From contig NC_058368.1 of NCBI RefSeq assembly GCF_018350175.1, forward strand, positions 61,382,001 through 61,446,000: a stretch of DNA of 64,000 nt. The letters run 5' to 3'. This stretch comes from Felis catus (lineage: Eukaryota). Made by a program: the position numbers and the translations under genes. Position 1 is the first letter of the stretch; every line of letters starts with the position of its first letter. Under the pieces are notes generated by a model. It was given only the letters and a program-made list of their open reading frames with translations, searched no databases and was not told where the DNA came from. Below, in pieces: positions 39,718 to 53,019 of the stretch.

Positions 39718-41442
39718 CATTCTACCACTCCAAATAGAGCCAAACGTGTTTTTTTCAGGCATAAGGGATAGTATGTTCTGAAGAGATTCGACGGAATCTG
39801 AATGCTGTGTTGAAGGATCTGAAATGTATCCTAATAATACCAACATGCTACTGAAGAATACATAATGCTTATCTTCTAAATTCTGTTCCTCTACAAACCA
39901 TATTGTTGCTATTCAATTGTTCTCCTCACATTCTCTTCCAAAAAAAAAATCAGAAATTTCAGACATATACACATGGAGACACACACACACACACATATCA
40001 CACCAATGTAAAAATCAATGTCAGTAAACAAGAAATGCATTTTGATTGTGAGATTATATGTAATTCATGACAACTAATAGTATTAAATGTTTCACAAAAA
40101 AAATTTTCAAAGGCTTCGTAGCATTCATTCTCAGAACACAGTATGCCAAGTCCTGTACATCAGATGCAAAATCCTGGAAGCAATTCCATTTGCAGAAAAA
40201 GTCCTTGATTTCCACACCAGGTAGAATTTAGAGAAGGAGCAGTGATCCGAGAAGCTTACCAATTCATTTCAGTGCTACCAGTACACATGGAGGAGATGGA
40301 AAAAGAGGGGAGGGGAAGAAACAGGAAAATGAAGATGGTAAAAAGCTCATTCCAATTATTGTAGATTAAATCTACAAAGCCAGCCAAAGAGTGAGCTTTC
40401 ATGGCACATAGACTGACCTCTAGTAGACTGTCAAGTGCAGCACATTAACACATGGGAAGCTAATACAGTTTGGGGGTGGGGGTAATGAGAAAAAAAAAGT
40501 AGGTAGCTTTAGCACATTTTTATATGGTTAGCAATCATTTTTCCAAAGACAACTATTAGTAATACAGAATATTATACTTTTGCCTTTTATATAATGTGAT
40601 AATGATAGCTATTATATATTATACAGTTATCCCTTAATAATCCTTCTTAATTTTTCCCTTAAGAATATAATGCTTGGCTTAAAGCAAAGATTTGAAATCA
40701 CAAAGTCTCCAAGTTCTTTGAGAGAACTTCAATTAAAAATGGGCTAATTACTCAATTACCCAGCTAATTAAATTATTTCTATCCATCTCTCTCCCCTTCC
40801 TCCTCTCCTTTGTTTCTTTCTCTCTCACTCACTCTGACCCTGAAAGGGCTGTTGGTGACAAACATCAGTTGTTGGAAATTGAAATATTATTTATTAACAA
40901 TTCCATTGACTATAATGATGACAGATATATTCGTAGCTCAGATAAAATGTATATATTTATTTCCATTTGGGATTTCAACTGATCCATTTCAATAGTGTAA
41001 ATTCTTAATGTAAATTGATTTTTAATCAGTCTGAGAAGAGTTAATCCTTCCAAGGAATTTTTGAGTGAGAAAAATTATATCTACATACTCCAAAACTTCT
41101 CCCACTGTGAAAATTTCCCTTAGGCGCTATTTATTTCTATTTCATGTATGTAAATTAGCACTTTATCGTTAATTTTGTGTCTTTGTTTAAGTGAACTACT
41201 TTGTCTATTTAAGTGTCTACTTTGTATCTTTGTCTATTCAAATGGACTCTGACCAACAGACAAGAATGTTAGGTTTGTTGCTTCTTAGAATAGATTGTTT
41301 TGCAGGTATACAACATGAATAACCCTTAGAACAGGTAGGAGATTTTTATTCTAACTATAACCTAATGACTCTTTACCATACTACGTGCCAATTTCAAAAA
41401 TAATAAAAATGGTCTTATGAAACATTAAATACAACAAAACCC

Positions 41443-41612
41443 AGGGTGCCTGGGTGACTCAGTAGGTTAAGCATCTGGCTTAAGCATCGGCTCAGGTCAT
41501 GATCTCACCCTTCCTGAGTTTGAGCCCTGTGCCTGGCTCTTTGCTGACAGCTCAGGGCCTGGAGTCTGCTTCAGATTCTGTGTCTCCCTCTGTCACTGCC
41601 CCTCTCCCGCTC

Positions 41613-41648
<36 letters not shown>

Positions 41649-41683
41649 AGAAATAAAACATTAAATAATTTTTAAATAGAAAT
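41443..41683 (+). mobile_element. Can-SINE
   Basis: TSD aaatacaacaaaacc on both sides. Confidence 0.96.
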
Positions 41684-41909
41684 AAATACAACAAAACCAT
41701 GTAAATATATGAACTAGGTGTAGAATGTGTGTTTTTAACCTTAATATTGAAGTACAACTTCAGGACTAAATAGAAAGATAAGGAGTGTTATAATAAAATT
41801 TCAGCTGTTAGCCTATGAAGTATGAATAGAATTAAACTATTTACTTCGGACACTAAGAGGATTTTTTTTTTTTTAAAACGCTTGGGAAAATGCATCACAC
41901 CTGAGAAAG

Positions 41910-42300
41910 AGAGCTGGAAAAAATCAAAGAACCCTCTATTCATTAGGAAAGGGGATTCTACCATCTGAGCCAAGAATTACAGTGGGTTGGGGGTGGGGGG
42001 TCCATAAGAGCACTGAGAGGGTCACAACCCTAAGTATCCAGGGGTAAGTGTGAGCTGAAGGCTGAGGCTTCATTAGAGAATTAACTCCACACCTCTCACA
42101 GTGGCAGCAAAAGTCAGTGATATTGAAGGGTAGAGAGAGGTGCTCACTGACTAGCATGCAAAGTAACGGGAGAATAGAAAAAAAGAAAAATACTTTTGCA
42201 AACCTCTCTGACCTAAACACAAGGTAATAATAATGGAAGAATTTGAAGCCTCCTTTGCACTGAGAGTAAAGATAGCAAAAACAAAGCTTACACTGAGTTT
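41910..42300 (+). mobile_element. Old L1M 5' region fragment
   Basis: 'ggaagaatttgaagcc..tgcactgag.gtaa..atagcaaaaacaaa' resembles L1M4-type 5' sequence. Confidence 0.5.
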
Positions 42301-42829
42301 AAAAATATAAAGTAATATATCTGTGACCTTTTTGTAACAATCTGATTAATTTCTGAGAATGCATCATATTTATTTCCCTTTTGCTTGACAAATCCCAAAC
42401 ACTCTTAGCTTTCTATATCGTAATGTGCCACAGATGACAGCTATGAGATATCAGTTGGTGGGCCATGAGAAGCTCACTCAAAAACTGACCTTTCGATTCA
42501 ATCTTAATCAGAAGAATCCTTGACTTTCTTCATTTTCTTTTTTCCCCTCATGTCTTTGGTGTGTAGTGACTGGCACTAAAAAGAATTGATATTCCTCTTG
42601 GAGCATTCACTGCTTCTATAAATTTCACCACGGATGGAATTTCAGGACTTTTTTTTTTCTTTTTTTAATGGGATTACTGCCAGGATTTTGCATTCACTGC
42701 ACAACGGGATTTTATAAAAATTAAAAACCCTAACAAGAAAAAAAAAAAGACACTAAGTGAACAGAAAGTAAAAAACTGGGAGAATATATTTGAAACTAAG
42801 ATATATGACAAAAGTCTTACTATCCATAA

Positions 42830-43488
42830 TGCCTTTTTATTTTGTTCTTATTTTTCTAGGTTTTTGAGGAGGAAGTTTAGATTAATTTCAGACTTTTCCT
42901 TATGCATGTCTTTAGTGTTATAAATTTGTCTCTCAAGACTGTGCTAGCTGTGTCCCACAAATTTTGAAGTGTTGTATGCCATTTTCATTAAGTTCATTTT
43001 TTTTTTTAATTTCTCCTGAAACTTTCCCTTTTTATCCTAAGTTAGAAATGTTTTGTTTCCAAGTATTTGGAGATTTTCCCATTATCTTCCTATTTATTTC
43101 CAATTTGACTCCATTATGGTTGGATTACACATTCTGCATGATTTTAATTCTTGTAAATTAGTGGATATTTTATTTATATCCCAGGTTTTCATCTGTCTTG
43201 GTGGGAGTTCCTTAAAAATTGGGGGAAAATGTGTATTCTGCTCTTGTTGAGGGGAATATTCTATAAATGTCATTTGGATAATGTTGATTGATACTATTGA
43301 TGTTTTCTGTCTAATTTCTTATTTTCATGGTAGTTCTATCAATTTTTGATGAAGAGGAGTTGAAGTCTGCAGTGATAATTGTGTAATTCTCTATGTCTCT
43401 TTTGTTCCATGGATTTCTTTCACATTTATCGCAGTTCTGTTTCTTGGAGCATGTACATTTAGAATTGCTATCCTTCCTGTGGATTGGT
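42830..43488 (-). mobile_element. L1M ORF2 endonuclease-region fragment
   Basis: 'agctgtgtcccacaaattttg', 'aaaatgtgtattctgct..gttga', 'gttgaagtctgcagtgataattgtg' (antisense endonuclease domain). Confidence 0.85.
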
Positions 43489-43489
43489 C

Positions 43490-43676
43490 TTGCATGATAG
43501 AAGAAGAGTAAGAGAGTTCCCTAAGGTTCTTATTATAAGGCACTAATCCCATCCACGGGTCCACCCTCATTCATGATCTAATTACCTCTCCAAGTTTCCA
43601 CCTCCTAATACTGTCACTTGGGGATTAGGTTTCAACATGCAAATTTGGGAGGGACACAAACATTCAGTCCATTACA
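43490..43676 (-). mobile_element. MaLR LTR fragment (MLT1A-like)
   Basis: 'ttataaggcactaatcccat..ccaccctcat..ctaattacctc..ggattaggtttcaacatgcaaatttgggagggacacaaacattcagtccat'. Confidence 0.9.
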
Positions 43677-43679
43677 CTG

Positions 43680-43940
43680 TCCCCTCTTCAGATCTCAAAA
43701 GAGATCTCACTTCTTCAGAAAAGATACTTCTGACTTATACAAAAAAATATCCTCCATTGTTTTCTCCCATACATGCCTTATCATTTCCTATGATAGGAAT
43801 TATCATAATCTATAGTAAGTTATATGAGTATATAAAGAATGAATTATTTCCAGGTCCATGAGAGCAGGATCCAAGCTTACTATACGTATTTTCAGTGCTG
43901 AACACAGTGTCTGTTACCCAATGAATATTCATTGATTGAA
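43680..43940 (+). mobile_element. L2 3' end
   Basis: 'ccatgagagcagga..cagtgctgaacacagtgtctg'. Confidence 0.65.
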
Positions 43941-45636
43941 ATTAGCATTTACATCTGATAATTATATATATATAATATATATATATTATATATATATGTA
44001 TAATTTGTCTCATAACAGGTATTTTATTCTATACTATTTTTAAAAACATTAAAGTGATGGATATGAAAGAGAGTTGGTTGATTTGCTAGCACATGCAAAT
44101 AATGGATCATTTAGTCACACAAAAGTTCTCACAAAGGTTCATAATTTATTAATCTCTGTGCTATTGCAACATGTACCTGTGAAGCTACATAATGAAGTAT
44201 AATGCCACTTTTTTCTAGTACTAAATAATTTACAGTCCACTTAGGGAATCACAATATTAAGCTAATTGCCAAGCAGGTAATAGCATGTATTTTACCTCAT
44301 GTTGAATACATGCTATCCCTCTGGTATGCTGAATAAAATCATATCCAATATAAACTTGTTTAATTTTTGACTCTTAGTAGCATCACATTTATGAACTATG
44401 TAATAGCAACAACAAGGGACTGAAGGAGAAGAGAGGGTAAAGAGGGGAAGTAGATGTGAAAGTGGGAAGGAAGAGGCGATGTATCTCTGAATGTCAATCT
44501 TCCTAGCTCAGGACCTGCAAAGAGTATTATTTAATATTTGTCACATTCAAAGGATGTAGAAAATGTGGTGTAAAAGAACACTGGTGAGGTATGTGGGAGC
44601 AATGAAAAATGAAAATAATTATGAATGGAAGAAAGAATGAAAATGTAACAAGTTCAGTGGAGGAATGCATTATGTAATTTATTCTGTACATTGTAAATCC
44701 CTCAGAGAAATTTGTATTATTCCTAGGTTACATTAACACAATGAATTTATATTCTAAGAAGAATTGATCAAACTTTATATTCTAAGAAAAATTGATCAAA
44801 GTTTTCAAGTAAGGTAATTTTTCTATAGAAGTTTTAATTTTATGAGATAGCTAGAGAAAGTAAGTTTATTCCTTTATTAGAATATAGAAGGACATAGTTT
44901 ATCAGTCATAACGTTTATATGATTCGAGTATCAGTTGCTATGAAATGCTTCAACCACGGTTTACCCATTCTCCTACAGAGCTCACTTTGAGTAAGTGGAA
45001 TTAGTGTTTTTAACCCACATTTGCTAAAAGATTTCTAGATTTGAGTGCATCTTTTCATCCTCCCTGTTTTGTAAGGATGACTCAATAAAATAACTTTTGT
45101 ACCTGGCCAAGTTGGAACAATTTCAGAAAAGGCGATTTTTCCCCCATTGCTGTTGCTGAAACTGTGAAAAAGGCTATGACGACAGTGGAGAAACCACATT
45201 TTCAGCCATATTCTCATGATGGAGTGGGGAGGGAGAGGCATGGATCAGCAAGATACCTTCTCTGTGACAGCTACAAACAGACAGGAGCAACAGTTATTCA
45301 CTCTTATAAATAAAGATACTAGCAGCCCCCTCACTGTGAATGTGATTATAAAATTCATTCCCCTAAAAAATGCATAAATTTCCTCGAATCCCTGTAGAGC
45401 CTTCTAGCGTGACTTGCAAGAAGCATTTGAAGTAGTTTTAGTATTTGTTTAGAGACTTCTGCTCAATGCTAATATTTCTTACATCTGCAATTATGGCAAA
45501 TTTCTACATGTACACACAGATACACACACATGTTGATCTTTTTCTAAAACCTTGCTCAACTTAGAAATTAGGCTACTATAATTAGCCTTAAGCTAATTTC
45601 AAAGGGGAGTCTGATTCATCTTAGAGATATATTTTA

Positions 45637-45823
45637 ATTTTTCTTTCTTTATTTTGAGGGAGGCAGAGGGGGGCATAGAGAGAGGGAGACAGAGAATCCA
45701 AAGCAGGCTCTACACCATCAGTGCAGAGCATGACACAGGGCTCAAGCCCACGAACCATGAGATCATGACCTGATCCAAAATCAAGAGTAGGACACTAAAC
45801 CAACTGAGCCACCCATGCGCCCC
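45637..45823 (-). mobile_element. Can-SINE
   Basis: Degenerate TSD tagag.tat.ttttaa. Confidence 0.94.
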
Positions 45824-47389
45824 TAGAGGTATGTTTTAAAAGTTGTACCAATAACCATTCAGTTTGAGTTGACTAATGGCAATAAGGATTTAAAGATACA
45901 GTATATTATGCCCAACTCAGAAGAAAAGGCTAGAAGATTACTTTACCAGTAATTCGAGATAATTTAATTACTGAATTTCCAGATATGAAATGCTGAATAT
46001 TTAAAACAGGCATGGAAATGTTTTATGTAAAATTGGAAGGAAATAGAATTCTGAGCATTCATCATATTCAGTTATCTATCAACATAGATATCAAGGCTGA
46101 AATTTAGTTTCTTCATATAAAGAAGTGTATTGTAGAGGGCCATTATATAGTGTACCTAAAGCCATTCATACTTCATGGAAAATATTTGTAAAGTTTGAAA
46201 AAGGTCTGAAATCTTATGCAAAAACTTGCTTTGAAGGAAATACATGCAATATTCTGAATGGAGTGTTTAAAACCTTAATCAGATTTTCTTTGTGTTCATA
46301 ACCCCTAATCCCAGTGTTAAAAAGGCCCAGGCCTAACGTAAATAATTACAATATGGACACACCATTGTTACAAAACATTAAAGGGAAGAGATTATACATT
46401 GACAAGAAGAATTTAGTAAATTAGAAATGTCAGTACCCAAAAGGAAGTTTTTGGAAAATGGAGTGTCACCCAGAAAAGCAGCATAAAAGGAAAGGGGGAA
46501 CATTGACTAAACAACTACTCATAAAAGGTTGCTCCTTTTTTTGGACTGTTTGGCGTTATATTATAAAATCATGTAATCAGTGTACCCATAAACACTTCCT
46601 TGACCTAATTATGAGAAGAGACTTGCCTTGACTTGCTTTCCACCCACTACACAGTCCTTACTTTAAGAGTACTTGTCCTTCACCCCCCCATACACAAACG
46701 TGTTCATGACACACTGTACACAAACACACACAGACCTGAATTTGCACTTTAGCATTGTGCTCATTTGCTGTGCAACTGATCTCATATTAGTCATTCATTA
46801 AACTCTGATACTCTGAATTGATAAAGGAAAGTCTCACTGTGTTTAGTTCACAGACACATATCTTTATCCCAGATACAGACAGATATTGATTCCTTGGGAG
46901 AGTTGCCACAATTAGGACATGACAAACTCCTAGTAACATTTAGAGTTAATGCTTCTAATAACATTAGCATTGATCCGTATCTTTCAAATAAAGCATGAAA
47001 TATATCTGGTAATATCTTCAGATGCATAAACGATGATAATCATGTTAAAGCATTTTATGGGACAGTAATGCCTCTTTTTTTTGATAAATTAAATGGGTAA
47101 AACACACCTATGTTCTGCTTCTTGACACAAGAGATGGGGTATTTAGGTAGCATATCACCAGCATTATGTGTTTTCCAGAATTGTATTGAAATATCCCAAA
47201 TTTTAGTAAAGCCTTAAAGTACCTATCAGAAAAAGGTAACATGATAAAATAATCTTGCTGTGGAAAATTGGAATGTCTCTAATCTTGAAAGAAACAACAG
47301 TTAATATTAGGCACAAGGGGTTGATAAGGTCATAAAAGATGTGAGATTATCCTGAAATTTTCAAATTTTTAGTAATATATATTATATTC

Positions 47390-47596
47390 GAGAGACACCT
47401 GGGTGTGGGTTAAGTATCCAACCCTTGGTTTCAGCTCTGGTCATGATCTCATAGTTTGTGGGTTTGAACTATGCATCAGGCTCCATGCTGACAACTTGGA
47501 GCATGCTTGGCATTCTCTCTCTTGCTGTCTCTCTCTGTCCCTCCCCTATTTGCCCTCTCTGTTTCTCAAAATAAATAAACTCAAAATAATTAAAAT
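47390..47596 (+). mobile_element. Can-SINE
   Basis: Degenerate head, CT tract and 'aaaataaataaac' tail. Confidence 0.92.
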
Positions 47597-47879
47597 ATCT
47601 ACATATATAGTATACATGAGAGATAAAAAATATGTCCAAAGTGTTATTGTTATCAATGAAATAAAATACAAAAATCTGACTCTAGCAAGTTTCAAGCTAT
47701 GCTTTGCTATCCATTGATCAAGATCTAAGAGACAATTTTCTGTCGACTACAGTACAATAAGTGCAATGTAACTATGTAGTGACGAGACCCAACGAAGATT
47801 TATGCAGCCTTGCTGCGTGCTGTGTGCTAGAAAGACACTTGCTGTGCATCATCTCCTAGAACTCTGTCAGGGGACACAG

Positions 47880-48250
47880 CAGTCTGTTTTCAGTAGTCTG
47901 GTTCAGTCACAAAACTAGAACCAGTTCAGGATTCTGGGAAGAAAAACAACAGTTTACTGTTGTCAGAATCTTGGCATACTCAGCACAAAAAAAGGAAGAG
48001 GGTTGCCGGAGTCAGGGGAAGTGGCAGCTGAAGAGACAAGGCTGCAGATACTCAATACCTCACTCTGCAGAAGGGCCGGTTTCTCAAAATCACACCGAGA
48101 AACTGCTGCGGTTCTCCAAAATCTCTGAAAAATTTCACACCAACCATTTCAGGATACTGCTGCAAAATGAGTGGAAGACAAACACTTAGTGAAGATTCTC
48201 CGTGAATGTCCCGTCTGCTGCTGTTGCCTCTGCTCCGGTCCATCTCATAC
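47880..48250 (-). mobile_element. Possible old ERVL-class LTR
   Basis: GC-richer block directly abutting the ERV-L pol remnant; family not recognised with certainty. Confidence 0.4.
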
Positions 48251-48254
48251 AAAG

Positions 48255-49085
48255 CACTTTCATTTGATGGTGGGATATGGCTGCACACCCCCAAATCCAT
48301 GGCTTGCTGTGTCTGATAACATCCAATTCGTGATGGGCTTCTCTGAGTGTCATGGTGCCTTGAAACTGTGGACAAGGATTTGGTCTCTGCAAGGGCCCAG
48401 CACCAAGCTTTCGCTGTTGCTCACAAGGTAGGTGTATATGTGCAGAAGAGAACATGGGTTTCCTCCAAAATACAAAATGTATTTGCCATAGATACTTGAA
48501 ACACTCTCAGATCTTTTGGGCCAAACAGCAAGGGCAGAGTAGCTAGCATGGAAACATTGACCCATTCCAAACTTATAATTTGATTGGCAAATGAGTCAAG
48601 GTAGTAAGTCCCAATAAAGTATAGGTTTGCTGTTGAAATTCAGAGACCTACTAGGCGTGTGTCTTTTCTGGGAATATGTAAATAAGGTGTTCATCTTGAA
48701 GACAATATATTAACCTGCCTTATGCCACTGGACCCATAGAGTCTTTGAATGCCCCCTAATAATCATGTGATAGATTTCTGAGCCTCTGGCATACACTTAG
48801 CTTCTAAGGATCTATTCTGTATGCTGACTCCAACTCAACAGGTCCAATCAGAATGACTTTGTCAAAATAGTGGACAAGCCTGAATAATTTGAGGTAGTGA
48901 GCTGAAGGGTTGATACAGCCCTGACATAAGGCACTACAGCTTTGAATCTGTCCCTGCCAAGAAAAGACAAACTGCCTTTCAGGGTCTTTAAATATATGTG
49001 GAGAAAAGAGCATTCTCAAGATCAACAGCAACATACTAAGTACTTAGCACTCTTTATTTGCTTCAGAAGAGCATCTGCCATCTAA
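48255..49085 (-). pseudogene. ERV-L pol remnant (RT to RNase H), frameshifted
   Basis: Across reading frames: LLKQI..YVAVDLENALFS, RQFVFSWQGQ, LCQGCINP, LVHYFDKVILIG, FWRKPMFSSA, WCWALAET, PITNWMLSD. These are collinear with the HERV-L/MuERV-L Pol motifs YAAIDLANAFFS, QFAFSWQGQ, LPQGYINSP, LVHYIDDIMLIG, CYWALVET and PIMNWVLSD. Confidence 0.92.
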
Positions 49086-49259
49086 GTCGCCAATGGTTTC
49101 CTTTTATTGTTGAATCATGAAAAGGTGAAGAAAAGTGTGACAGCGAGGACAATGCAAGTGAACTGGTGCCACCTGCACTTGTAGTGGAGGACAAGAAAGG
49201 CAGACGTGGAGAGAAGCGAGTCAGAGATAGAGGGTAGAGGAGTCAGAGAGCAATCTTTT

Positions 49260-49810
49260 TAAAAGTTAAAAATAATAAAATTTGTCTTAGTATTATGTTG
49301 CACTTAACCCTTTAGAAACATCATCTAAACATGTAGTCAGCATAATAATTATTAATAAAATGTTCCACATTCTTTTTGATCATACCAAGACTGAATGCCA
49401 GTGTGTATTCCATAGTTGCAAAGGACATCTCAAATAGAATACTAAACTTTCATGAGAAATACTTGATCTCTATTCGATACTATTTCAGTTTTTAAACTTA
49501 AGTTACTTATTATTAAAGAAAATGAATGAACGCCTGGGTGGCTCAGTTGGTTAAGCATCCAACTTTGGTGTAGGTCATGATCTCATACTTTGATGAGTTT
49601 GAGCTTTGCATTGGGCTCTGCCTGCTTTGGTTCCTCTGTCTCCCTCTGTCTCTGCCCCTTCCCTTCTTTCTCCCTCTCTCCCTGTCTCTAAAAAATAAAT
49701 ATCTAAAAAATAAAGAAAATTAAAATTTAAGTTCCTCAGTTTGACTCGCAACATTTCAAGTGCTCAGTAGCCACATGTGACTGATGTCTGCCATATTGGA
49801 TGGTGCAGCC
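49260..49810. mobile_element. hAT Charlie1/MER33-family fragment, interrupted by a SINE
   Basis: 'gaaatacttgatct', terminus 'acatttcaagtgctcagtagccacatgtgact..ccatattggatggtgcag'. Confidence 0.85.
49527..49712 (+). mobile_element. Can-SINE inserted in the Charlie1 fragment
   Basis: 'cgcctgggtggctcagttggttaagc' head; TSD taaagaaaat. Confidence 0.94.
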
Positions 49811-50280
49811 CTAGGATATTTCTTGACAAGCCTCTTACAGCACCTCTGTTCAGGCAGTCCATAAGATAACTGGTTTTGTTTTGTTTATTTAAATTATGAC
49901 CCATAGTGTGATTTTATATATGTATCCCATATTAGATATATTTTAAATTATGGAAATATACCTTCCCAAGTTATTTAAAATATCTTCAGCTATTTATAGA
50001 TGATAAATTGACAAATGGACAGAAACTTCATACACACACATTTTTCAGAAACAGATACTTCAGCTGTGTGAAATGTGGTTTGAAAATGGTTTAATTGTTA
50101 AAGTTATTGTATTTTAGTAAATTTCAGAACACAACACACAAGTTTTATCAATTCATATGAGAGTAATTTAAAAGAATGAAAGTGCACATTTATGTAAGCT
50201 TGTATACACAGTGGTATGTAATATGTAATTGATTATAATTCAATTATACTATCTTTCCCCACATTTCCCTGAAACTCTGT

Positions 50281-50503
50281 TTTCTTTCTTTTTTTTTCTT
50301 TTTTTCCTTTTTTTAATGTTTAGTTATTTTTGAGAAAGACGAAACAGAGTGCAAGTAGGGGAGAGCAGAGAGGGAGACACAGAATCAGAAGCAGGCTCTA
50401 GGCTCTGAGCTATCAGCACAGAGCTGGACGTGGGGCTGGAACCCATGACCACGAGATCATGACCTGAGCTGAAGTCTGACACTTAACCAACTGAGCCATT
50501 CGA
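50281..50503 (-). mobile_element. Can-SINE, slightly 5'-truncated
   Basis: T tail and body ending 'ctgagcca'. Confidence 0.94.
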
Positions 50504-51841
50504 GTTTTGTGAGAAGGCATGAAATATAGAAAACTTTTGAGTAGAATTTCTTATGTAAATTGATACTGTTTTGTATAAACATCACTAAACGTGAAATTAA
50601 ACTTGGAGTGGTAAAAATATTATTTTTCTTAGGATAGAGGTGTTAACTTGCCTTCCACACAATGTGTACTTTTTATATATATGTTATATATAGTATATAT
50701 GCTAATTATATACCACACATACACGCACACACACACACTACATATATATTTATTTAGTTTTCTGGATAGTGCAGACAGCATCTCCTGAGAAAAAATTAGC
50801 AAATTACTAACACAGTAATTACAACTATGCAAGTGCAGTTTGAATTTACCTAACTTGAACTGGTGTTGAATATTCATCATAGATTTTATGATGTACAAAT
50901 TGCAACTGCCAGTTGGAAGCCAAAGCATACAAACAAAACAAAGCCCTGGGACTCCTAGATTCCTGTAGTAATTGATATGTTAATTGATGTGAACTAGATT
51001 TTAAAATTCCTCACTTTAAAACATTAATATTTAAAGTACCTAAAGAATTAAAGAAAACATATCACAGTTGAACAATCTCTTTCTGTTTAATTAAAGAAAT
51101 TATTTTGCAAAATATTAAGATACACTATTTTATAGAGGTAATAAACTTAAAAGGTTTGGCTAACTAATTAGATATAATATTATATGCCATGTTTGGAAGA
51201 ATACTATCACAGACATTGAAGAGGATTTCAAGAGTTTAAACAAACTTAAAAGAAAAAATAGAGTATTTTAATAGAAAGTTTTTTAGGCTAATAATAACCT
51301 GAAGGAATCAATTATAGGTGAAACAGAGATACACATGAATTTTCAATTATAATTCTGATTGTAATGTTTCCAGTATATTATATTATCTATATAACATATC
51401 CATTAATGAAAACCCATATATACAAAGGATAGAGTAAAACATACTAAGTAAGCAGGTGTGCTTTAAAATAAACTAAAAGTAAGTTAAAAAAATAAGCCGT
51501 ACATTTATTATTAAGCCCATAGCCTAACTAAATGTTTCAGAGCAATTCAGTCTTGTTGGTTCAGGGCATCAGGTATGCTATATCAAGCTAATAGAAGGAC
51601 ATCAATTTGTTTTATATGACCCAGCAAGAGAAATATCCATATTTGTATCCCCAGTCTGTCTGCATTTAAGCCATTGTTTAATTCAGTATAATCCCTGATT
51701 ATCTCATTCATTCAAATATAACATTTCTTTGTAAATCTCCCAAATTTTATCAGCAATGTGACATTTCTTTTATTTGCTAGAATCCATCAACTGCTGTACA
51801 TTTTTTGTTTGCCCTCCTGTAATCTTTTCAAGTGGAATTTG

Positions 51842-51844
<3 letters not shown>

Positions 51845-51892
<48 letters not shown>
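51845..51892. repeat. (CA)~24 microsatellite
   Basis: Read directly from the sequence. Confidence 0.98.
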
Positions 51893-51896
<4 letters not shown>

Positions 51897-52889
51897 ATCT
51901 GCAAGATCAAAACTACTAGCCCCTCAAAGGACAGTCTCTTAATTATTTTAATTGCCACCCCACTCTTCTTGTCATAAATAGGCTTCATTTTTACTTCAGC
52001 ATGTGGAAGATAGCATCATTACCCACTTCACATTTCTCATTTTTAAAATAAACTCTAAACAGTTCCTTGATACATAGCTTTTCCCCAGTCTGAATGATTC
52101 ACCATGCTGCCGTGATCAATCTCTGGAAACTTCCACAGCATCATTTTCCAACGATTGCCTTTTAGTTTGCCTTCACCAAACTCTGCATCTGCTGCAACTT
52201 CTGGGCTCCTTTTTTGCCTATTTTACAAATCATCTTATTTAAGACTCACTTTAAATTAAACTTTTTATTACACCTTTTTATTGACCACCAAATGTGAAAG
52301 TAATTTCCCTTTACTCGAGAATCATACAGAATGAAAAATAGGTTGTTCATTTTATTCTCACCTTTTACAGCATTGAAATTGGCAAGATTTAAACAGAACA
52401 TATGGAACGAAGACTGCTCATCACACTGTTCAATCTATTCTCTGTCATGGAAGATGAAAAATCAGGTGTATTTTGTGTCTCTCTGAATTTTAAAAGAATC
52501 TGCACATCCAACTACAGGGTGAATTACACCTAGACATATGGACTCCTAGGCATATGGAAAGACTAAAGGATGGCAAACAGTTACACCAATAATCCTCAAA
52601 TAATTATTTTAATGAGGGCAGGAAAAATGGTTTTCTATTAATAAGATTTGGTTTTTTCCTCTTATATCTGAATTAGCCATTTATAAGTGCATTTATTATG
52701 TGATTTTCTGAATCAGGCATTTTGTTGGAGAAAAGGAATATTAAGCAATTTTAGCATTTATATAATAAATTTAAATCAGCTTTTACAGCTGAATAGCATA
52801 CAGATTTGTAATATTTGGAACCAGAAATTCAACTAGTGATTGTTTTGGGTTGTGATTGATTTGTTTTTTATTTTTTTTAAATAATAGAC

Positions 52890-53000
52890 TATAAATATAT
52901 ATACATATACACACGCATGCACGAATTGGGGAGGGGCAGAGAGAGAGGGAATCCCAAGCAGGCTCCACACTGTCAGCACAGACCCCAACTCAGGGCTCTG
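52890..53000 (-). mobile_element. 5'-truncated Can-SINE
   Basis: 'ggggaggggcagagagagagggaatcccaagcaggctccacactgtcagcacaga'; agactata occurs on both sides. Confidence 0.85.
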
Positions 53001-53019
53001 TCTCTTGACAGACTCCCCA

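Noticed and set aside
39384..39737. Longest ORF in the track (117 aa)
   Set aside because: Runs through MER20 and MIR-like sequence, has a GTG start and no recognisable domain.
47971..48565. Cluster of overlapping ORFs suggesting a processed pseudogene or exon
   Set aside because: Explained by the GC-richer ERV-L pol remnant and the adjacent LTR-like block.
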